A stretch of DNA of 64,000 nucleotides, from positions 1 to 64,000 of the forward strand of contig JACOZN010000005.1 in the NCBI GenBank assembly GCA_016181305.1, in the 5' to 3' direction. The notes beneath the pieces are model-generated. The model made no database searches. It was not told the origin of the DNA and saw only the letters and a list, made by a program, of their open reading frames with translations. Origin of the DNA: Candidatus Woesearchaeota archaeon. GTDB lineage: Archaea; Nanobdellota; Nanobdellia; Woesearchaeales; GW2011-AR4. The stretch's first letter is position 1. Each line of letters starts with the position of its first letter. Positions 56,713-64,000 of this stretch are shown in pieces. The translations under genes were made by a program, and so were the position numbers.

Positions 56713-59055
56713 ATGGTTAAAGGCTATTGTAAGTATTGTTTGTCTGGAAAAAAGGAAGAAGTAGAACAATGTCCCCATTGTCAAAAACATTTTTGTAGTG
56801 AGCATATTACTCCAATAGAGCCTGGTTCTTATCGTCCAGAAAAATCTCGCATATTTATTAATCAAATAAGACTAGGTCATGAAAATACTCATCCATGTCC
56901 TGATTATGTTGATTACTTAGAAGAACAAAAAACAATTCACGGCAAAAAATATGGAGAAGCATTAGACAAATTATTAGGTAGTACTCCAAAGTATAAACTT
57001 CCTTTATCGGAAAGACAAGAAATAAGGGATACAAGGCATAATATTGCTAAAGAAAATGAAGAATTTAATAAAAGTGTTAATGCTAAGCTTGAGGTGGATA
57101 TTCAAAGAAGAAAAGAGGATAAAATTAAACGTAAAGAACTAGAAAAAGAGAAACATAGACAAGAGATTGAAGAAAAGGAGAGACTTAGTAGGGAGATAGA
57201 GGAAAAACAAAAAAAGCATTTGAAAAAACAAGAAAAAGATGAGCCTTACCTTTACAGGTATATTTCGCCAGAAGAGAGAAAATCCAATCAACCACCAAAA
57301 GTACCTGAAAAATATAAAAAAGAGCATGTAGGGACAGCACACCATCATCATGAAACACCCAAGGAAGAAACTGCAAAAGAAAAATATTATAAAAAAGAAG
57401 AATCTGGCATTTTTTCAAAGTTAAAAATTAATAGAAAGAATTTTTATGTGGTTGGCACAATAATTTTATTATTACTTGTCGGATTATTCTATGGGACCTC
57501 AGCCAAAACTATAATTCAAGAAATCAAGAATGTATCCAATACAAAAACTATAAGCTCTTACGAAAATATCTCAAATAAAATCTCATTTTCTAACTATCTT
57601 AATGATATTTATGCATTTGATAAACAAGAAGTTACATTAAATGGTTTTCTTGAAAGAAGCGTTGAAGGAGATGGCAATGCTGGAGTTCATGTATTTTCAA
57701 TTGTAGATGACTACAACAATAGAGTTGTATTGGAATGGTCTTATAATAACTTAAAAAAATATTTACCAGATTTGGGAAAAACAAAAGAATTGTATTCTGT
57801 TCAAGGAATTTTTAAGAGAGAATACAAGACTTTAAAATTAAATGTCGAAAACATAAATATCTATAAAAGAGAACCAGCTAAACAAGTAGAAGTAAACAAT
57901 ATAGTAAGCTATACTGAGCAAATTACTATAAACAGAACAAGTCCAAAGTATCCTTTGGTTAGAAATTTGGTTTTTAAACTCATAGGTAAAGAAATTATTT
58001 GCGAGGATGGTACAAAAATTGATTCTTGTTCTAATGAAAAACCACTATACTGCTCTATTAATGGACTAAAAGAAGAACCAGCAAAGTGTGGATGTCCTTC
58101 AGGCAAAAGATTGTACCAAAATCAATGCATAAATGAAGTCAAATGCTCAGATGGAACTTATGAGCCAGAATGTTCAAAAAATAAACCAAAACAATGCGTG
58201 AATGGGAAACTTGTTGACAATCCAGAAGTATGTAACTGTCCAGAAAACTATAAAGTAAAAGATAAAAAATGTGTTTATATCAGATGTTCTGATGGAACTA
58301 TCGAGCCAGATTGTTCTGCAAAAATGAAGATGCAATGTATGGAAGGCAATTTTATTTATAATCCAAATAAATGTGGTTGCCCAGATGGTTATGTCAAAAG
58401 AGGAAATAATTGTGTAAAAACTTGCAGCGATGGAACTGCGTATGACGAATGCTCTGATGATATGCCTCTTTATTGTGATAATGATGCATTAATAAACAAA
58501 GCGTCAATTTGTGGTTGCCCTTCTGGTTCTGGCTCAAAATATAAACAATCAGGAGAACTATGTTTAGATTTGTCAAATCCAGATATAGAGTATATAGAAG
58601 AAAAAGTTCATGAACTAATAAACCTACAAAGGCAAACAAATGGACTGTCAAAATTATCCTATGACACAAAACTTGTACAAATTGCAAGAGCCCATAGCCA
58701 AGATATGGCTACAAATGACTTCTTTTCCCACGACAATTTACGTGGGGAAGACCCAACCGATAGAGCAAGTAAAGTAGGCTATAATTGCAGAAAAGATTAT
58801 GGTTCATATTATACAAACGGTATTGCAGAAAATATTCACCAAGGTTGGACATATGGAACAACATGGTATACAAATGGTGTTGAATCTAGTAAGGAGTGGT
58901 TAATGCCTGACGAAATATCAGAAAGTGCTGTTACTGGATGGATGAACAGCCCAGGTCATCGCAAAAATATACTAACAAACACGTATGATAAAGAGGGAAT
59001 AGGCGTAGCAGTAGCATCAAATGGTGCTGTTTACATTACGCAAGATTTTTGTTAA
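56713..59055 (+). CDS. Membrane protein with AN1-like Zn finger, Cys-rich repeats and C-terminal CAP/SCP domain
   Basis: CxxC..CxxC..FCxxH..H.C; TM; four C(S/E)DGT repeats; HSQDM, AENI, WMNSPGHRKNIL. Confidence 0.88.
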   Translation: MVKGYCKYCLSGKKEEVEQCPHCQKHFCSEHITPIEPGSYRPEKSRIFINQIRLGHENTHPCPDYVDYLEEQKTIHGKKYGEALDKLLGSTPKYKLPLSERQEIRDTRHNIAKENEEFNKSVNAKLEVDIQRRKEDKIKRKELEKEKHRQEIEEKERLSREIEEKQKKHLKKQEKDEPYLYRYISPEERKSNQPPKVPEKYKKEHVGTAHHHHETPKEETAKEKYYKKEESGIFSKLKINRKNFYVVGTIILLLLVGLFYGTSAKTIIQEIKNVSNTKTISSYENISNKISFSNYLNDIYAFDKQEVTLNGFLERSVEGDGNAGVHVFSIVDDYNNRVVLEWSYNNLKKYLPDLGKTKELYSVQGIFKREYKTLKLNVENINIYKREPAKQVEVNNIVSYTEQITINRTSPKYPLVRNLVFKLIGKEIICEDGTKIDSCSNEKPLYCSINGLKEEPAKCGCPSGKRLYQNQCINEVKCSDGTYEPECSKNKPKQCVNGKLVDNPEVCNCPENYKVKDKKCVYIRCSDGTIEPDCSAKMKMQCMEGNFIYNPNKCGCPDGYVKRGNNCVKTCSDGTAYDECSDDMPLYCDNDALINKASICGCPSGSGSKYKQSGELCLDLSNPDIEYIEEKVHELINLQRQTNGLSKLSYDTKLVQIARAHSQDMATNDFFSHDNLRGEDPTDRASKVGYNCRKDYGSYYTNGIAENIHQGWTYGTTWYTNGVESSKEWLMPDEISESAVTGWMNSPGHRKNILTNTYDKEGIGVAVASNGAVYITQDFC

Positions 59056-59093
59056 TATTAAAATTTATCACCCGATTACTACTACTTTTAACT

Positions 59094-59172
59094 TGAGTGT
59101 GCCCCTTAATTCTCATCCTTGACGTATCGCTGTCGCTCATTTGATTGGACGAACGAGTGTCCCGAGTAATAA
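59094..59172 (-). repeat. Right bipartite end repeat, inverted relative to 55798-55839
   Basis: TGAGTGTGCCCC (exact 12-bp reverse complement) and CGAGTGTCCCGAGTAATAA (17/19). Confidence 0.8.
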
Positions 59173-59214
59173 CTTTTCGGGCGAAATTTTACCCCACTTC
59201 GTAGGGTAAAAGAG

Positions 59215-59387
59215 ATTAACAAGAATTAGGCGGTTCGCAGGGTCGCTTACGCTAAAACGCCAAGCGTTTTCCCCTGCTCTCCCAAATTTTTGCCAGCTCT
59301 GAAAAATTCTCCATCTCTGAAGTTTGTGGGTTGCCTCAAACTTCGAGGGGAATTTTTCGAGGGCAAAAACTTCGCCTAATAAGTTAG
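59215..59387. repeat. ~173-bp branched palindromic element with AAC...GTT-type ends
   Basis: TAAC..ATTAGGCG / CGCCTAAT..GTTA outer arms; inner GCAGGG/CCCTGC, AAAACGC/GCGTTTT, TTTTGCC/GGCAAAA, GAAGTTTG/CAAACTTC. Confidence 0.7.
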
Positions 59388-59434
59388 TTTCAATAATTTT
59401 TAGTGGCTAAACGACTGATAGGGGGACATTCCGC

Positions 59435-60496
59435 TCATTCCACAATATTCCCGGTGTGGCTTTCAACTGCAGGCAATTGCGGAGGCACGACTTTTCCATA
59501 GAACACACGCACCGTTTTATCATTTATCTTTAAGACAGAGGGGTCATATACATTATCTTCCTGAAAAACAGGCATTGGCTCGCCGAAATCAAGCCCGTCA
59601 GATGATTCCACATAATAGATTCCTTTGGGAACTTTAGCAAATCCTTCATCTATAGAGGCTGCAAAAAGCACGTATTTATCGGCGATTCTGGCCAATGCTG
59701 GATCAACGAGATTTGGAACCCTGATTCCTGCTTCTTTTGCAAAATTAAGCCCATCAGAGGATACAGCTGATCCGATCCCGTGCTGCATTCCTGATGCCGT
59801 CACATAGTATATCCTTACTCGGCCGTCCGGAAGCATTATGGCATCTGGAACAGAAGCCCAGCCATTGTCGCCGTTAGTCTCTGAATCTATCCTAAGCCCC
59901 TCTTTTTCGAAAGTCAAGCCATCTGAAGATACTGCAGAATAAATTTTGTGTATAGACTGTCCGGGCCCGGGGTTCTGGCTATTCGCGCCCTTGTAGTACA
60001 TCCTAATTTTTCCGCCCGGAAGATTTACGATAGTCGGATCGCAGACGATGAATTCAAATCCTGCTCCTGGGGAGATTCTTATGCCCTGCTCTTTTGCAAA
60101 AGTCAGTCCGTCATTGGAAATCGCAGACAATATCCCTTTGATGTTGCAGTAGTACAGGCGAACTTTTCCATCCTTCAAGCCATGCACAAAAGGAACAGAC
60201 CCGTCTGCAATTCTTGAGCCGCCGTCTTTCTCCCAGGAAAAAGACAATGCTTCTGCAGCCGGTTCTGTCGGCATATTGTTAATTTCAGGGATTAAATCCT
60301 GGGGTGTTTCAGAAACGGATTCCGGTTCAGCCTCGGAGTTTGACGGGAAACCTTGCTGCAAACCTCCGGCAACCCCGGCTTCCCCATCCCGCTCAGCTTC
60401 CTCCTGCGCTTCTTTGAAATCGGCAGACTCCTGAGCAGCGCAGCCAGAAATAATAATAGCAAAAACCAGCATAAACAACACAGCCTCTTTTTTCAT
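59435..60496 (-). CDS. Lipoprotein-like protein with repeated SxDGLxF blades (beta-propeller, glycosidase-like)
   Basis: Signal ending ISGC; four S(N/S)DGL(T/N/D)F repeats, each followed by DP/PD..RxYY-type segments. Confidence 0.75.
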   Translation of the reverse strand: MKKEAVLFMLVFAIIISGCAAQESADFKEAQEEAERDGEAGVAGGLQQGFPSNSEAEPESVSETPQDLIPEINNMPTEPAAEALSFSWEKDGGSRIADGSVPFVHGLKDGKVRLYYCNIKGILSAISNDGLTFAKEQGIRISPGAGFEFIVCDPTIVNLPGGKIRMYYKGANSQNPGPGQSIHKIYSAVSSDGLTFEKEGLRIDSETNGDNGWASVPDAIMLPDGRVRIYYVTASGMQHGIGSAVSSDGLNFAKEAGIRVPNLVDPALARIADKYVLFAASIDEGFAKVPKGIYYVESSDGLDFGEPMPVFQEDNVYDPSVLKINDKTVRVFYGKVVPPQLPAVESHTGNIVE

Positions 60497-60570
60497 TATT
60501 CTGGCACCCCATTATGTTATATTTAAATCTTTTCAAAATCTTTATAAACCCCAATACTTATACCGCATCT

Positions 60571-61029
60571 ATGGCAAAACAGATTTTTGTGAATTTGCCG
60601 GTAAAGGACCTAGACAAAACAATAGAATTCTTTACTAAACTGGGCTTCGATTTCAACCCCAAATTCACAGATAAAAACGCAACATGCATGATTATCGGCG
60701 AAAACATATTCGCAATGCTGTTAGTTGAAAAATTTTTCAGGACATTTATCCCCAACAAGGGAATTTCTGACGCTAAAAAAAGCACAGAAGTGCTTGTTGC
60801 ACTGGCAGTTGAAAGCAGGGCAAAAGTTGACGGGATGGTAAATAAGGCAATAGAAGCCGGCGGCAAAGAATACAGGACAGCGCAAGACCATGGATGGATG
60901 TACGGGCGGGCTTTCGAGGATTTGGACGGGCATGTCTGGGAAGTGTTTTACATGGATGAAAGCAAAATGCCGGAAGAGATGAAAAGTAAAGACAATAAAA
61001 ATGAACAAGAAGAATTCAATAACGCTTAA
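60571..61029 (+). CDS. VOC/glyoxalase-family protein
   Basis: IFVNLPVKDL...FF..LGF, DHGWMYGRAFEDLDGHVWE. Confidence 0.92.
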   Translation: MAKQIFVNLPVKDLDKTIEFFTKLGFDFNPKFTDKNATCMIIGENIFAMLLVEKFFRTFIPNKGISDAKKSTEVLVALAVESRAKVDGMVNKAIEAGGKEYRTAQDHGWMYGRAFEDLDGHVWEVFYMDESKMPEEMKSKDNKNEQEEFNNA

Positions 61030-61414
61030 ATCCCAACACATCACTATTTCAATTAATCGCTCTGCGAATGACGTTTACGAATTCACTTCAAATCCCGAGA
61101 ATCTTCCAAAATGGGCAGCAGGTCTTAGCGGTTCTATAAAAAACATTAAAGGCGACTGGATTGCTGAATCTCCGATGGGAACCATCAAAATTAAATTCGC
61201 TGAAAAAAATAAATTCGGCATTCTGGACCATGATGTCATTTTGCCGTCAGGCGAGAAAATCTATAACCCGATGCGCGTATTTCCCAACAACGATGGCAGC
61301 GAATTAGTCTTCACACTGTATCAAAGGTCAGATATGTCAGACAAACTGTTTGAAGATGATGCTAAGCTGGTCAAAAGGGATATTGAAAAGTTAAAGAAAT
61401 TGCTTGATAAATAA
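61001..61414 (+). CDS. SRPBCC/polyketide-cyclase-like protein
   Basis: I.R....VY.F...PENLPKWA, G.LDH.V, NPMRV..N..GSE..FTL. Confidence 0.85.
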   Translation: MNKKNSITLKSQHITISINRSANDVYEFTSNPENLPKWAAGLSGSIKNIKGDWIAESPMGTIKIKFAEKNKFGILDHDVILPSGEKIYNPMRVFPNNDGSELVFTLYQRSDMSDKLFEDDAKLVKRDIEKLKKLLDK

Positions 61415-61504
61415 GGAGAAACGATCATGAAAATTAAACTAACCCTTAGTACTAACATTTATATATCCAATCCGCAATTTACATTTATTCGGGGGTAGAA
61501 CATT

Positions 61505-61863
61505 ATGGCTTATTTCAAAACAAAATATGTCTCATGCTTGGGTTCATGAAACTGCTCGGGTTGTGGGGCATGCCTGGCGGTGCTGCTGCTTTCGGGACTT
61601 TGGTTTGGTATGCCGGCGTTTTTGAGCTGATGATTGGATTATCCATGCTGACTGGAGTATTAGTTCGGCTTGCATCCGCCTTTGGCATAGTCATGATGAT
61701 TGTTGCTTACTACTTGGGGCATGTTAAGGTAGGCGGCTGGAATCCGCTTGTTAACTTTGGAATGCCTGCCATCATATTCCTGCTTGCATTCTTAGTCACA
61801 TTAGCTTACGGCGCAGGAAAAGCCAGTCTGGAAAAAATAGCCTTTAAAAAAGAATTTTTCTGA
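61505..61863 (+). pseudogene. DoxX-family membrane protein with a disrupted 5' end
   Basis: G..E...GL....G...R.A motif in 61534-61863; ATG at 61505 is out of frame and the first TM is short. Confidence 0.6.
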
Positions 61864-61908
61864 GTTTTTTTGTTTTAATTTTTATTTAAATGCAGCTTTA
61901 ATCTGCAT

Positions 61909-62583
61909 CTATGAACTTAGGCTGTTTACAAATGCTGAAACTTCACTTTCATTTTGAAGAACAACGACTTCCAAGTTTGGAAACTCCTCATTTTTAGGAA
62001 TTTCCTGGGTTCTATGGATAAGATGTATAACCCTTTCATCGACTATTTCTCTTTTCTGTGTGTTCCTGCTGTGTCTTTTCAAAGAAACGTCCAAGCCAAG
62101 GTTCAGATAAACCAGCATTTTTTTAGTTTCATCCAAACCTAAATTAAATCCCATTATTTCCGCCATTTCTGATAGGCTCTCAAATAACATTCTTCTCCTT
62201 ACCCTATCGTGCAGGAGTGATTCTATAACAGGAATTTCACCACCTATATGCGATAATTCCGATACTATATAAGAATTTACAGCTTGTTGAAAAAGCTGAT
62301 TCCAGAATGTCTTGCCATCCTTACCGACTGCTGTAATTACGGCGTACTTTAGTTTATTTAAATCCCTTTTGCCAGCCGACGGAGTGCTAATTCCAAATTG
62401 CTGCAGTATAGCCGGGTAGAACTTCTGAAGAGACTCAAAAAATTTCTCTGGCTCTTCTTCAAGTTTGTCATGTATTGAATCTATTCCAAGAATCTTATAT
62501 TTAGGGTTTCTTTGTTTTATTGCATCGCATAAGTAACTCTTTCCTGAATAGGGTATACCTCCAACAAGCATTAAATTTTCCAT
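61909..62583 (-). CDS. P-loop nucleotide-kinase-like protein
   Basis: LVGGIPYSGKS Walker A; LDVSLKRHSR lid-like segment. Confidence 0.75.
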   Translation of the reverse strand: MENLMLVGGIPYSGKSYLCDAIKQRNPKYKILGIDSIHDKLEEEPEKFFESLQKFYPAILQQFGISTPSAGKRDLNKLKYAVITAVGKDGKTFWNQLFQQAVNSYIVSELSHIGGEIPVIESLLHDRVRRRMLFESLSEMAEIMGFNLGLDETKKMLVYLNLGLDVSLKRHSRNTQKREIVDERVIHLIHRTQEIPKNEEFPNLEVVVLQNESEVSAFVNSLSS

Positions 62584-62626
62584 TATAATTAAGTAATGGG
62601 CGACTTTTTATATGCTTATTGTTTTA

Positions 62627-64000
62627 TTACTCCTTTATCTTTATCCTAGCCATCACCTGCTCGTGCATCCTTTTCACAAACTCTGCCCTGTCCTCAATCT
62701 TCATTAAATCCGTGAAGCCCTGCAAAAACAGGTTGAATGCAAACGGCGACGGAAGGTTTGTATTGATTTCCTTCACAAGGATCTTTTTCTGCTCAATCCC
62801 CTCAATCACCTTGGAGGCGCTTTCTATGTCCATCAGGTCCTCCAAAACCTCCCTTCTTGCCTCCTTAAGAATGCAGAAGTCAGTGCTTATTCTTCTCACG
62901 GCATTAATCAGGATCATTGACGAAACCTGCTGCCTTCCAACCCTTTTCTGGCGCCCCATGTAGCTCCTCAAAATCATCATAGCCCGAGTTGCGCAGTGCC
63001 TGAACCTTCTTTTCAAAACTTCTGTATGCTCTATAGCCATTTCCATTATTTTCCCCATTTCCTTTGATTTTACAAGGTTGAATGCCTGCATTATGTTGAT
63101 GCTTTTCTCAGATGCAACATAAAACCCGTTGTCATTGATGCCAATCTCGACATCCCTGTGCTGAGTTCTTCCAATCGCAAATGCAACTGCTCTTGACAGG
63201 CAGTCATTAACCCTTCTTCCGTACAAAGTGTGGAATATTGCATACTTCCTTTTTGACTTCGGGTCAGCGTAGTGCTCGACTATGATTCTTGAATGGGACG
63301 GAATCTCGGCGTAGCTGAACTGCTCGTAGAAATACCTGTAAATTGACTCTGAGGAGTTTTTGTCAACGTAAAGGTACTTGTCTATGAAATCAAGAACTTC
63401 CTTTCCTGATTTGTTTGCGCAAAATAATTCATTCATCAGCTTCCTGAACCTTCCGATGTCCAATGCCAAGTCAAAGCTCAGCGGCAGCATCTCGGAAAAC
63501 CATGAGGGTATTGTCGGAGGCCTGTAAACAGAGGCATTGACATAAGCAACCATGCCTTTTGCGTACAGAAACTCATAGCGCTCGCCTCCAAGCACAAAGA
63601 CATCTCCTCGTTTCAGCCTTTCAAGAAACGCCTCGTCAATGTACCCAATGGGCTGCTCGCCAACCTTGACTGTAATGAAGGATTCTTCAGGAATCGTGCC
63701 AATGTTTGTCATGTAGATAACCCTTGACATCTTGCCCTTTTTTCCAATTTCCTGTGTTTCCTCATCGTACCAAATCTTTGCGTAGATATGCCTGTCCTCA
63801 AGCGAAATGTATTTTCCTGCAAGGTATTCAATTACCTCAATGAAGTCCTTCCATTCCAATTCATTGTAGCAGTAGCTTTGCTTTATTAAATTAAACAAGT
63901 CCTTTGCTTTCCATCTTTGCTCAAGGCTCATTCCATGGACTTGCTGCGCCAGGACATCTAGGCAGTTTCTTGGGATATGGATTTTGTCAATCTTTTTTTC
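62627..64000 (-). CDS. lhr: Lhr-core ATP-dependent helicase, C-terminal part (runs off window end)
   Basis: Frame stays open to 64000 (IHIPRNCLDVLAQQ); NIGTIP, G.IDE.F...L..GDVFVLGG, GRRVND.LSR, SPFA. Confidence 0.93.
   Translation of the reverse strand, partial: EKKIDKIHIPRNCLDVLAQQVHGMSLEQRWKAKDLFNLIKQSYCYNELEWKDFIEVIEYLAGKYISLEDRHIYAKIWYDEETQEIGKKGKMSRVIYMTNIGTIPEESFITVKVGEQPIGYIDEAFLERLKRGDVFVLGGERYEFLYAKGMVAYVNASVYRPPTIPSWFSEMLPLSFDLALDIGRFRKLMNELFCANKSGKEVLDFIDKYLYVDKNSSESIYRYFYEQFSYAEIPSHSRIIVEHYADPKSKRKYAIFHTLYGRRVNDCLSRAVAFAIGRTQHRDVEIGINDNGFYVASEKSINIMQAFNLVKSKEMGKIMEMAIEHTEVLKRRFRHCATRAMMILRSYMGRQKRVGRQQVSSMILINAVRRISTDFCILKEARREVLEDLMDIESASKVIEGIEQKKILVKEINTNLPSPFAFNLFLQGFTDLMKIEDRAEFVKRMHEQVMARIKIKE

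Noticed and set aside
1-64000. CRISPR array, cas genes, rRNA, reverse transcriptase or DDE transposase
   Set aside because: No regularly spaced direct repeats and no recognisable motifs seen on either strand.

Overview
Chromosomal window from an archaeon, most likely a DPANN/Woesearchaeota-type genome. This is inferred from archaeal informational genes (rpl10e, rps6e, aIF2-gamma, rpl21e, rpo4, rpo6, rps17e, ZPR1, SepF, DUF655, Lhr) mixed with bacterial-type metabolic genes (tpiA, dapAB, apt, metK, aguAB, coaDE, lsrF). Main blocks: dapB/dapA with a divergent ACT-domain regulator and an interrupted tRNA-Lys(CTT); pilin-like and secreted proteins; a SAM by-product cluster (apt, mtnA, lsrF, Zn-dehydrogenase, mtnP) followed by speD-aguB-aguA and metK; a glycogen cluster (GH15, debranching enzyme, GT3 synthase, GT4, GH57); toxin-antitoxin genes. 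Two leading hypotheses. (1) A possibly undescribed 5'-deoxyadenosine/MTA salvage route, in which a Zn-dehydrogenase would convert 5-deoxyribulose-1-P into the known LsrF thiolase substrate, giving DHAP + acetyl-CoA. (2) An integron-like or invertible-cassette system around a Xer-type tyrosine recombinase lacking the IntI insertion, with attC-like hairpins and a 3.4-kb segment bounded by bipartite inverted repeats. Several short indels (dapB, mtnA, GT3, GH57, GNAT, DoxX) may be assembly errors. No CRISPR array or rRNA was seen. All family assignments come from motif recognition by eye; no database searches were run.
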